Assembly (NCBI GenBank): GCA_963702285.1
Contig: CAVPCB010000078.1
Span: 7,004 to 71,003 of the forward strand
Length of the DNA stretch: 64,000 bases
Reading direction: 5' to 3'
Origin: an uncultured Acidobacteriaceae bacterium
GTDB lineage: Bacteria > Acidobacteriota > Terriglobia > Terriglobales > Acidobacteriaceae
The notes below the pieces were generated by a model that saw only the letters and a list, made by a program, of their open reading frames with translations, searched no databases and was not told the origin of the DNA. Positions 1 to 11,921 of the stretch are shown piece by piece. A program made the translations under genes and the position numbers. Within the stretch, counting starts at the first letter, position 1, and every line of letters begins with the position of its first letter.

Positions 1-153
1 GATCAGTTTGTGCAGTGGCTCAGAATTGCCGCCGCCGAATGACGAGAACGCCACGCCGGAACGCCCGGCTTCAAACTGCAAAGACGGGGCCGGCGAGCGG
101 GCGCTATCATGCAAAGGTGCGCCTCGCCTTTTTGAGGAAAACGACCGTCCGAC

Positions 154-1281
154 ATGGCATTTGAACCGGGACAAAGAATCGGCGACTACCAGGTCGTGGC
201 GAAACTCGGCGCCGGCGGGCTGGGCGTCGTCTATGAGGTGCAGCACCTCATTTCGCAGCGACGCGAGGCGATGAAGATTCTGCTCCCCGGCCAGTCGGGC
301 ACCCCGGAGATGGTGGAGCGATTCCGCCGCGAAGTCCAGACCCTGGCGACGCTGAATCATCCCAACATTGCCGCTCTGCACACCGCCTTCTATCACGAGA
401 ACCAGCTGGCCATGGTCATGGAGATGATCGATGGCGAGACGCTGCGCGACCGGCGCGCCAGAATTCCCATCCCTCTGCCGGAAGCGCTGCACTACGTCAC
501 GCAAACGCTCCATGCGCTGGTCTACGCGCACGCGCTCGGCGTGGTGCATCGCGACATCAAGCCGTCGAACATCATGATCACGCGCGATGGACTGGTCAAG
601 CTGCTCGATTTCGGCATCGCCATCACCAACCGCTCCACCGATCTGACCCACGCAGGATATCTGCTGGGCTCGCTGAACTACATGTCACCCGAACAGGTCA
701 GCGGAGGCAAAGCCACAGCGCGTTCCGATCTCTACGCGGTCGGCGTGACGTTGTATGAGTTGCTCGCAGGACGGTTGCCCATTACCGGCGCCAGCGACTA
801 CGAAATCATGGTCGGCCACATGCAGCAGATCCCTCCGCCGGTTCATGAAGTGGCGCCGCATGTTTCGCCTGCTCTGTCGGAAGCCGTGATGCGTGCGCTG
901 ATCAAAGATCCGCAACAGCGTTACGCGTCGGCGGATGTTTTTTTGCAGGCGATCGGAGCGGCTGTTCCCACCGGCCAGGTGCCGATAGCCTTCGCGGCGC
1001 CCATGCCGCCGATCCGCCCGGACTCCGGTTCGGGGTCGCACGCCTCGAAGGCAATCATGCAGCAGAAGCCGGTGTCTGCGAGCGGGTCATCGAGCGGACT
1101 GCAGAACTTGCCTTTGGAAGAGATCACGCGCAGGCTGGCGCTGTACATCGGTCCGGTGGCGAAGTTCGTGGTCAAAAAGATTGCTGCGCAGTCCAGCGAC
1201 CCGGAATTCATTTATCAGGAAGCCGCCCGGGAGATCCGCTCCGATGCCGACCGCGCCGCATTCCTGCAGATGAAGCGCTAG
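154..1281 (+). CDS. Hanks-type Ser/Thr protein kinase
   Basis: 375-aa ORF with Gly-loop GAGGLGVVY, catalytic HRDIKPSNIM, DFG and SPE motifs, followed by a Pro/Ser-rich linker and a non-kinase C-terminal tail. Confidence 0.9.
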   Translation: MAFEPGQRIGDYQVVAKLGAGGLGVVYEVQHLISQRREAMKILLPGQSGTPEMVERFRREVQTLATLNHPNIAALHTAFYHENQLAMVMEMIDGETLRDRRARIPIPLPEALHYVTQTLHALVYAHALGVVHRDIKPSNIMITRDGLVKLLDFGIAITNRSTDLTHAGYLLGSLNYMSPEQVSGGKATARSDLYAVGVTLYELLAGRLPITGASDYEIMVGHMQQIPPPVHEVAPHVSPALSEAVMRALIKDPQQRYASADVFLQAIGAAVPTGQVPIAFAAPMPPIRPDSGSGSHASKAIMQQKPVSASGSSSGLQNLPLEEITRRLALYIGPVAKFVVKKIAAQSSDPEFIYQEAAREIRSDADRAAFLQMKR

Positions 1282-1287
1282 CTGCGC

Positions 1288-2163
1288 TCATCCGTTCAGC
1301 ATTTCAAATGCCTTCAGCAGGCTGGTGTGCATGCGGTTGAACGACGCCGTCACCTCGGCAATCTCATCGCGCCCCTTCACCGCCAGCTGCGGCATATTCA
1401 CTTCGCCTTTGCTGATGATATCGGCGTTTTTGGAAACGCGCCGCAATGGACGGATCACAACCAGCCATAGAGCCAGGTCGATCAGGACGATCGTGAGGAG
1501 AAAAATCGCGCCCAGACCGAAAAGAAGTTCGCGGAAACCGCGCTTCGCCATGGCGACCGGGACCGACATGGGCACCGACACGATCTGCGCCCCAACGATT
1601 GCGTTCCGCGTCCAGCCGAAACCATGGTCGCGGCCGTAGTGATCGATCATGGCCGCCGGCGCAGCCGATGCCTGGCTGTGACAGCTGAGGCATCCGGATT
1701 CGGCGATGATCGGAGCGGCAACGTACAGCACCGGTCCGGTCGGCGTGTTTCGCTGGCCGACATGCTGTCTCTGCGTCGGATTGTCGCGGAAGAAATTGAT
1801 CAGGTCCGCCTCCCATTCCGTGGCGCGATCGTCGAGATTCGTCGGGTTCAGAGCCGCTTCCCGCAACGAATAGTCCGGATGGGTTGCGCGCAGCAGCTGA
1901 AAGGTGGCATTCGCGGCGTAAAAGGGAATGGTCTGCGACAGGAAATGATCGTTGTGTTCCGGCGTCTTTTCCAGGATCGGACTCACCTGCTGGTCGGTGT
2001 ACTCCTTCGTGGCCGTCGCGTCGGCCGACATCAGTTCCGCCTGCTGTAACACGGCCTGCCGCGCGTCGTTCATCAGAAAACTGTTGGCGTTGTTTGCGAT
2101 GAGGCCCATGCCCACGCCGAAAATGAGGATGAGCACGAGATTGAATTTGGCAAGCAGCTTCAC
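1288..2163 (-). CDS. membrane sensor with a Tll0287-like/DUF3365 haem-c domain and a C-terminal HAMP domain, no output domain
   Basis: GTG start with GGAGG 5 nt upstream. N-terminal TM, CxxCH motif (CLSCH), second TM, then a HAMP-like segment (RPLRRV...FNRMHTSL). The ORF ends right after HAMP. Confidence 0.7.
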   Translation of the reverse strand: MKLLAKFNLVLILIFGVGMGLIANNANSFLMNDARQAVLQQAELMSADATATKEYTDQQVSPILEKTPEHNDHFLSQTIPFYAANATFQLLRATHPDYSLREAALNPTNLDDRATEWEADLINFFRDNPTQRQHVGQRNTPTGPVLYVAAPIIAESGCLSCHSQASAAPAAMIDHYGRDHGFGWTRNAIVGAQIVSVPMSVPVAMAKRGFRELLFGLGAIFLLTIVLIDLALWLVVIRPLRRVSKNADIISKGEVNMPQLAVKGRDEIAEVTASFNRMHTSLLKAFEMLNG

Positions 2164-2169
2164 CTGAGC

Positions 2170-2480
2170 CTCCTGAAATCGTAACCATCATAAAGCCCCA
2201 CAACGAAGTCAACTCGGCTTCTGGAATACGGCCTGGAGGCGGGGACTTGAATGGCAGATCGATGCGACAAAACCGAATCCGCTCTCGACGCCAATGGCGG
2301 AAGTTGCACGTTATGATCTGGCCGCCGGTGCGCTGGCGCGCCCTCTCCGCTGCTTCTGCACTGAGTTCAATACCGGCTCGGCGCCTTTGATACAAGAAAG
2401 AAAGCCGCCGGAACTACAGCCGATATCGAGAATTGCACCTGGCCCGCCCCGGCACAGCAAGGGCACAGGCTTGTGGAATC
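2170..2480 (-). pseudogene. remnant of a class I SAM-dependent methyltransferase (frameshifted, truncated)
   Basis: Motif I (ILDIGCSSGGFL) reads in one minus frame at about 2400-2440. The post-I segment (GIELSAEAAERARQR) reads in another frame at about 2340-2376. There is no intact ORF. Confidence 0.3.
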
Positions 2481-2541
2481 TGTGTCGATCTCAGGGCACG
2501 GACTCATGCCGTGATTATCCATCTCGCGCGGGGACTCCCGT

Positions 2542-2823
2542 CTACGGCTCATCCTGAGAATGTTCCGCTTTGGCCCCACCGGCGTCAACGCTGGCCGGCC
2601 ACTCCGTCCGGATCATGCGCAAACACACGGGCGAAAGTTTTCGCAGCCATTGACGAGGCTCGCAACCGGCCGGTTGTCTCTCCAGGGTCGTCCATGCGTT
2701 GAGCAGGGCTACAGCAAGGAGAACCCGCGCCGCCGGGCGTCCTGCCTCGAGGCGCAGCATCTGCCGATAGACCTCGTCCTTCAGCCGGTCAATCGCTCTC
2801 GCCGTGACTTTCTGGTGTCGCAT
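2542..2823 (-). CDS. hypothetical protein
   Basis: 93-aa ORF downstream of DUF2892 on the same strand. No recognisable motif, so coding status is uncertain. Confidence 0.2.
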   Translation of the reverse strand: MRHQKVTARAIDRLKDEVYRQMLRLEAGRPAARVLLAVALLNAWTTLERQPAGCEPRQWLRKLSPVCLRMIRTEWPASVDAGGAKAEHSQDEP

Positions 2824-2835
2824 GGCTGCTTTCCG

Positions 2836-3047
2836 TCAGGATGTCGGTCGCCCCACCGGCGCGCCCGACCGCAGGCCCATCCAGCGAAAGATGCTCATCG
2901 CCGGACACCAGTTCGTGAACGCCGACTGCAGGAGATTGAGTCCGACAAAGGCAGTGAGCCACAGCCAATTGAGAGAAACCCAGTGAGCCAGCGCGAGCGA
3001 AGCCAGAACCATAACGCCCGCCAGCAGACGAACGGCACGTTCGACAG

Positions 3048-3051
<4 letters not shown>
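2836..3051 (-). CDS. DUF2892 (YgaP-like) small membrane protein
   Basis: 71 aa with two TM helices and the family-typical LLQSAFTNWCP segment. Its start overlaps the RND stop by 4 nt. Confidence 0.7.
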
Positions 3052-6292
<3,241 letters not shown>

Positions 6293-6296
<4 letters not shown>

Positions 6297-7426
6297 CGCT
6301 GCGCCTCGTTCCCGGGTTCGTTCGAGGACTCGATGCGCTTACCCGCCAGGTCGCGGTCGCCCGGATCGTTCACCAGCTTTTCGCCTGCCGCTAACCCGGA
6401 AAGTATCTCCACTCGATCGCCATGCCGGTTGCCCACCGTCACGTAGCGCAGCTGGGCCACGCCGTTTGCGTCGAGCGCGTACACGCAGGCCAGCGACCCG
6501 CGCATCGCCACCGCCGACTGCGGCGCCAGGATCATCGGCTTTATCCCGCCAGGAATGACGGCCGCCGCATACATCCCGGCGCGCAGATTCTTCACCGCCG
6601 GAAGATCGAGCTTCACCAGGAAGCTGCGACTGGCCGGATCGGCAGCAGGTACGATCTCGGCCACCGTCCCGTTCAGATCCGCAGCGTCGATCCCTTCCAC
6701 GCTGACCGCGACTTTCATTCCTGCGCGTACCGATCCGATCAGCGATTCGTCCACCGTCGTATAAACCTGCAGTGGACCCTCACGATCGACTTCAAGCAAA
6801 GGCATCCCCGGCGCCGCCAGCGTTCCTGGGTCGGCCATCCTCGCGGTCACCACACCGGCAAACGGTGCATGCAGAGTCGTGTAGCCCAGCTGCGTGCGCG
6901 CGCCGGCCACCGCCGCTTTCGCCTGTTCGTTCTGCGCCGCATAAGCGGCGACTTGTAGCTGTGCCCCCTCGGACCGCTTCTCCACTTCGTCGAATTCCTG
7001 CGGGCTCACGCTCTTCTGCTCCTGCAGCATCCGATAGCGCGCCAGCGTCTGCGCTGCCAGCGAGGCCTGCGTCTGCGCCACCATCTGCTGCTTCTGGGCG
7101 GCGATTTCCCCAGCGGCTGCCTGCTCCAATGCCGACTGCATCGCCGCATCGTCCAGCGTCACCAGCAGCTGCCCTGCGCGCACCCGTTCGCCCGCCTGCA
7201 CCAGCACCTGGCGGATATGCCCGGGAACCTGCGCGGAGATCATGGCTGTCTCCTTCGCATGCACCGTTCCCGTGGTCTGAATCAGCTGCGGCGTCTGCGC
7301 CGAGATGCTCTCGACCACGGCCGCCTGCACCGTCGGCGGCGGCGTGGGAGCGGGATTGCTGCCATGCGAACAGCCCAGCAACAGCATGAAGATGAGAACG
7401 AGGGACAACGACAGTGCGCGTTTCAT
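6293..7426 (-). CDS. efflux RND periplasmic adaptor (MFP/HlyD family), lipoprotein
   Basis: 377 aa with lipobox LLLGC, a coiled-coil hairpin (AAAGEIAAQKQQMVAQ...) and beta-barrel domains. It overlaps both neighbours by 4 nt. Confidence 0.9.
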
Positions 7427-8814
7427 TGAAGGTTCTCCGCTGAATCGGGTGTGAGTTGGCCGGTGGCATAGAGCAGCCCCGCGTACGCAACCGTATTTCC
7501 ATAGGCCGCGCGCCAGTAGTTGTTCTGGCTCTGCCGCTGCGCATCTTCGGCGCGCAGCAGATCGGTCATGGTGGCGAGCCCGGCATCGTAACGGTTGCGC
7601 AGGATCCGCAGGCTCTCGGCGGACTCATCCATCGCAGCCCGCGCCGTTGCCACCATGCGTTCGGCAGTCCGGTGATCGGTGAAGGCCCGGCTCACCGCCA
7701 GACGAATCTGCTGCTCCTGCCCGCTCTCCTGTGCCGCCGCCTTCTGCTGCGCTGCCCGTGCCTCTTCCAGATGCGCCCGCTTGCCCAGCGGCAGAATGTC
7801 CAGGTTCAGCTGCGCTCCGGCAACCCAGTTGTTGCCCCCATCGCCGGCAAAAGTCTGCCGATCCATCTCCCAGTTGCCGTAAGCGCTCACCTGCGGGAAG
7901 TAATCGGACCGCGCGGCCTTCACCGCCTGTTGCTGTGCGGCCGTCTGCTCGGCCAGCGCCTTCAGATCCGGCCTCTCTCTGACGGCGGCAGCAACATCCT
8001 CCGCAAGGTTGCCCTCCGGATAGCTCTTCGCCTCCATGGGCTTCAACTCGGGGTGAATGTCGATGGTGCTTCCCATCGCCGCCTCCAGCTCTGCCCAGCC
8101 CGTCTCCGCCGCGCCCTCCGCTGCGATCGTCTCCTGCTGGCGCGCCGACAGGTTAACCTGCGACCCCAGCAGATCGGAATCGATTGCCAGACCGGCCTTC
8201 ACCCGCGTCTGTGCGTCGTGCAGCAGAGCCTCTGCCGTCTGTTGCTCCTGCTGCGCCACCTCGACTTGCCGCTGCGCATACAACACATCCTGGTAGGCTC
8301 GCACTACCTGAAACACCACGCCCTGACGCACCGCGCCGCTCATCGAGGTCGCGCTGGCCGCGCCCAGCCTCGCTGCGTGGATCTGCTGCTGCGATTCAAA
8401 CCAGTTGAAGAGCATCCACTGGCCGCTCGCCCGCGTAACGAAATCGCCCACCGGCGTCGGCCGATTCAGCGAGTCCACCGAAAAGTCACTCTGAGCGAAG
8501 CGTTGCTGGCGCAGCTTCGTTCCAAACACGTACACCGGGTCGTTGCCACGCGAAAGGTCCTCCGTAAAGTTGAGTCGCGGCAGCAGCGCTGTGCGCGCCA
8601 TCGAAGCACCCGCGCTCGCAGTCTGCACATCGGCTCCCGCCACGGCTATTTGCGGATTCTGTCCCAAAGCCCGATCAATCGCCTGACGCAGCGTCAGCAT
8701 CGGCGCCTGGGCTTGAACGCCAAAGGGCATCAGAGCCACCAGCCCCGCCACGGCCCACCATTTCCAGCGCAAACTCCTCATCGTCGGCTCAACCTCAACG
8801 GCTCCGCTGCGCAC
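7423..8814 (-). CDS. TolC-family outer membrane efflux protein
   Basis: 463-aa ORF. The signal peptide begins at the second Met (start probably 8781: MRSLRWKWWAVAGLVALMPFGVQAQA). Two OEP repeats are present. Confidence 0.9.
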   Translation of the reverse strand: MRSGAVEVEPTMRSLRWKWWAVAGLVALMPFGVQAQAPMLTLRQAIDRALGQNPQIAVAGADVQTASAGASMARTALLPRLNFTEDLSRGNDPVYVFGTKLRQQRFAQSDFSVDSLNRPTPVGDFVTRASGQWMLFNWFESQQQIHAARLGAASATSMSGAVRQGVVFQVVRAYQDVLYAQRQVEVAQQEQQTAEALLHDAQTRVKAGLAIDSDLLGSQVNLSARQQETIAAEGAAETGWAELEAAMGSTIDIHPELKPMEAKSYPEGNLAEDVAAAVRERPDLKALAEQTAAQQQAVKAARSDYFPQVSAYGNWEMDRQTFAGDGGNNWVAGAQLNLDILPLGKRAHLEEARAAQQKAAAQESGQEQQIRLAVSRAFTDHRTAERMVATARAAMDESAESLRILRNRYDAGLATMTDLLRAEDAQRQSQNNYWRAAYGNTVAYAGLLYATGQLTPDSAENLQ

Positions 8815-8871
8815 AGTGAGACAAGGGCACGGATGCCTTCTCTTCCCTAAACGACGGGAAGCGGGTAAGCG

Positions 8872-9741
8872 TTACAGATTTGCCGGGAAATTTTTGAGCC
8901 GCAGATATTCTTCGGTCAGTAGCCGCCGCAGAACCACCTGACCTTCCTCTTCAGGACACACGTCCAGCGAACGGCAGCGATCGATGGCCCGCTTCAGGTC
9001 GTCAATGAACGCTACGCACGCGGGACACGCCTCGATGTGCCGCCGCATGCGTTCACAGCTTTCCGGCTCCAGCTTGCCATCGAGGTACTCCGACAGATTT
9101 GCGAAAATCTCGCCGCACGGTGCCGGCCTTTTCCTTGTCAACTTCTTCCGCTTCCGGCCCTCTGGAATCCCCCGCAGCAGCTTCGCCATCTCCTGCCGCA
9201 CCAGAAGCCTCGCCCGGTGCAGTCTCACCCGCACCGTACCGGGCTGGATCGACAGGATTCTCGCCACCAGATCGCTGTCCAGTTCTTCCATATCGTGCAG
9301 CACCAGAACAATTCTGTAACGGGGTGGCAACGCCAGAACCGCCTGATGCAGCAGGTTGTGATCCTGCCGTTCCACCGCCTGTTCCTCAGGACCAGCCGCA
9401 GAGTCGGCCAGCAGCAGAGATTCCAGTTCGGCATCGTCCGGCACCAGTTGATTGAGAGCGATGGTTTTCTGCCAGGCCGCCGTCCTCCGCCCCTGCCAGC
9501 AGCGATTCTTCGCTGCCGTGTACAGCCACGCCGACAGCGCCTCCGGATCCTCGATCTTCGCCAGGTGCGGCAACGCCTTCAGCAGCACCTCCTGCGCCGT
9601 GTCTTCGCCATCCTCGCGATGGCCGCACACTTTGATCCCAAACGACAGCACCGTCCGGCGCAAAAGGCCGAGCGCACGTTCCACGCTGGGCTCATCGCCC
9701 CTGCGCAACAGCGCAATCGCCTCTTTCAGTTCAGGACGCAC
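8872..9741 (-). CDS. ECF (sigma-70 family) sigma factor with a C-terminal fused zinc-anti-sigma (HxxxCxxC) Cys-rich domain
   Basis: Region 2 (DTAQEVLLKAL...WLYTAAKNRC) and region 4 (RIVLVLHDMEELDSDLVARILSIQPGTVRVRLHRAR) are followed by a basic linker. Then comes C-x19-C-x7-H-x3-C-x2-C...C...C (HIEACPAC). Confidence 0.85.
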   Translation of the reverse strand: MRPELKEAIALLRRGDEPSVERALGLLRRTVLSFGIKVCGHREDGEDTAQEVLLKALPHLAKIEDPEALSAWLYTAAKNRCWQGRRTAAWQKTIALNQLVPDDAELESLLLADSAAGPEEQAVERQDHNLLHQAVLALPPRYRIVLVLHDMEELDSDLVARILSIQPGTVRVRLHRARLLVRQEMAKLLRGIPEGRKRKKLTRKRPAPCGEIFANLSEYLDGKLEPESCERMRRHIEACPACVAFIDDLKRAIDRCRSLDVCPEEEGQVVLRRLLTEEYLRLKNFPANL

Positions 9742-9835
9742 GGTTCAGCCTATGCGGAGATGAGTCGATTCTATCTCTGCGTCGGCAAAGGCCCCGTCGC
9801 AATGCGGATTGCCTTTCTCAATCGCCGTGGAATCT

Positions 9836-10396
9836 CTACAGAAATACCACCTGCTTCGATTCGCTGATCATCTGGATGAACGACCCAACCCCGACATAAT
9901 CGATATTGGGGTAATCGATCATTTCTTCTTCCTTCAGCCCCATCACCCCCATCGACATCTCGCACACGTGAATGCGCACGCCGAACTCAGCCGCGTCCTT
10001 CATCAGTTCTTCCAGTGACTTGACGCCGTGCTGTTTCATCACCGAGCGAATCATCTTCGGACCGATGCCCGCCATCTGCATCTTCGAGAGCGGCAGAGCC
10101 TGCGAGCCGCGCGGCAGCATCCAGCCGAACATCTTGTCCAGAAATCCCTTCTTCGCGGATTTCTTCGGGTCCCGCAGCGCTGCGGTCGCCCAGAAGGTGA
10201 AGAACATATCCACCTCCATGTCATAGGCCACCGCCCCAAGCGCAATAATGAAGGCCGCAATCGTCGTGTCCAGGTTGCCGCTCATCACCCCGATGGCGAG
10301 CCGGCCCTCCCCTGAGGATTTCTCCAGCGCTTCCACCCGTTCCTTCAGTTCCGTCAATGCGCTGTGCAGATCGAGATCAATCGGTGTTGTCGTCAT
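9836..10396 (-). CDS. DsrE/DsrF-like (COG2210, DsrE3-type) sulfur-relay protein
   Basis: Real start is MTTTPIDL at 10396; the track ORF is over-extended to 10930. Family-typical FFTFWA...LPLSKMQMAGIGPKMI...HVCEMSMGVMG with the conserved Cys. Confidence 0.8.
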   Translation of the reverse strand: MTTTPIDLDLHSALTELKERVEALEKSSGEGRLAIGVMSGNLDTTIAAFIIALGAVAYDMEVDMFFTFWATAALRDPKKSAKKGFLDKMFGWMLPRGSQALPLSKMQMAGIGPKMIRSVMKQHGVKSLEELMKDAAEFGVRIHVCEMSMGVMGLKEEEMIDYPNIDYVGVGSFIQMISESKQVVFL

Positions 10397-10413
10397 GGCT
10401 TTCCTTCCTGGAC

Positions 10414-11577
10414 TTAGGCTTCGGCCGCCGCTGCCCGCCGCTCCGGCGCATGGCGCCAGGCAAACAGTGCCAGAGCAAGAGGACGATAGAGGACATGTGC
10501 GAATCGTGTGAGGGGCAGCATGGCGATCAGGTCCATCGCCAGCACCACGTGGGTCAGAAAAACGGCGTATCCTGCCGCCGTCACCGGCAAATAAACCAGC
10601 ATCTCCGTCAGCAGCCCTGTGAACACCGTCATTGCCAGCAGAACCGGAAAAAACCAGTCGGCGAACGTCCGCTTGCGCCAGTGCGCCTCGCTGTCGGGTT
10701 CCGCCCGGAACAGCATGATGGCCAGCCCATACAGGCAGATCGCACCGCCCACCGCGCCCATCACCCGCATCGGATACCAGGGTGGCACCGGCGAGCCGAT
10801 TGGCTTGAGCAGATAATCGAGCGTGGTCGCCAGAAGCATCGCGAGGAATCCACCCATCACCGACAGGTGAACCACCCAGGCACGCAGATACCACGGTGCG
10901 GATGCGGGCCCAGGTTCCTCGGCATCGCACTGCTGGAAGCGCCGGTGGCTCAGAGCCTCGACAACGGCCGAGGCCACCGCTCCCGGAAGCGCCCCCAGTC
11001 GCAACGACACGCCTTCACGCCGGCGTTCGCTTCGGAAGCGCAGAAACATGGAAAGAAGACCGCCCACGAGGCTGAGCCCTACGACCACGAAGAGGAAAAT
11101 ACCGATCAGGTGAATCCACTCGCCGGAAACAAATTCAAAGAACGGCAGATGGGCCCCCGCCACATTCGCCCGGCTGAGCAGCAGCAGTGCAAAGAACAGC
11201 GACAGCACCCCGAATACGAGCAGATTGCCCATCACCGAGCGGCTCGCCAGCGTCGCCAGACCCGTGAAGTCGTACCGGGAAATCGCGTAGCTGCGCGCCG
11301 CCGCCATAAACTCCGCCGGATCCGCTTCGCGCGGACAGGTACGCGTGCATTCGCCGCAGGCATAGCAGCGCCACAAATCTTCGCTGGCCAGCAGCTCGCG
11401 TTCCATGCCCACCTGCGCCATCCGAATCGTTCGGCGCGGAAAGCCTGCGGAGTCCTGCGCCAGCGGGCACACGGCCGTGCAGTTGCCGCACTGAAAGCAG
11501 GCCTCGACCTCGAGCCTGCCGCCCTTGCCGTGGCGGCGAATCTTCTGCATCAGAACCGGATCGACATCGTGAATCAT
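10414..11577 (-). CDS. QmoC-like protein: HdrC-type 2x[4Fe-4S] domain fused to a multi-TM (HdrE/NarI-like) membrane domain
   Basis: Two CX2CX2CX3CP motifs (CFQCGNCTAVCP, CYACGECTRTCP) followed by about 6 hydrophobic helices with conserved His. No CCG motif. Confidence 0.75.
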   Translation of the reverse strand: MIHDVDPVLMQKIRRHGKGGRLEVEACFQCGNCTAVCPLAQDSAGFPRRTIRMAQVGMERELLASEDLWRCYACGECTRTCPREADPAEFMAAARSYAISRYDFTGLATLASRSVMGNLLVFGVLSLFFALLLLSRANVAGAHLPFFEFVSGEWIHLIGIFLFVVVGLSLVGGLLSMFLRFRSERRREGVSLRLGALPGAVASAVVEALSHRRFQQCDAEEPGPASAPWYLRAWVVHLSVMGGFLAMLLATTLDYLLKPIGSPVPPWYPMRVMGAVGGAICLYGLAIMLFRAEPDSEAHWRKRTFADWFFPVLLAMTVFTGLLTEMLVYLPVTAAGYAVFLTHVVLAMDLIAMLPLTRFAHVLYRPLALALFAWRHAPERRAAAAEA

Positions 11578-11592
11578 CGGCAGCTCCTTCGC

Positions 11593-11901
11593 CTAATGGC
11601 CCTCTCCGCTCTGCGGCGCCAACCCGTAGAGCACGTAGTCGCCCTCTTCGCCCGACTCCGCCGCCTGGCCGTATTTGCGCATCGCGGTCAGGTGCCACAA
11701 CACCTCGTCCGTGGGAAGCGTCAGCTCCGCGGCAATCTTCGGCACCGTAGACGGCTCGCGTTCCAGCACCCCGCGAATCGCCTTGCGCTGCGCGATCATC
11801 GCCTGGTGCTTCTTCCGTTCCTCCGGATGCACGCCGCCGGCGATCGACCGCAGTTTGGCCAGCGCCTGTTTCTGCTCGGATGTGAGTGGTGCCAGACCCA
11901 T
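11593..11901 (-). CDS. small conserved hypothetical protein (winged-helix-like)
   Basis: 102 aa from MGLAPLTSEQ; the track ORF is over-extended. It sits 20 nt after the HdrA-like stop and 15 nt before the QmoC-like start. Confidence 0.45.
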   Translation of the reverse strand: MGLAPLTSEQKQALAKLRSIAGGVHPEERKKHQAMIAQRKAIRGVLEREPSTVPKIAAELTLPTDEVLWHLTAMRKYGQAAESGEEGDYVLYGLAPQSGEGH

Positions 11902-11921
11902 CTCTTTTCCTCTTCCCGCCC

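Noticed and set aside
9836-10930. Over-extended track ORFs: 9836-10930, 11593-12147, 13794-15725, 51488-52984, 58233-58889 and 33210-33905.
   Set aside because: The N-terminal extensions are low-complexity and overlap upstream genes. Internal Met/GTG starts with Shine-Dalgarno-like sequences coincide with the start of homology and were used instead.
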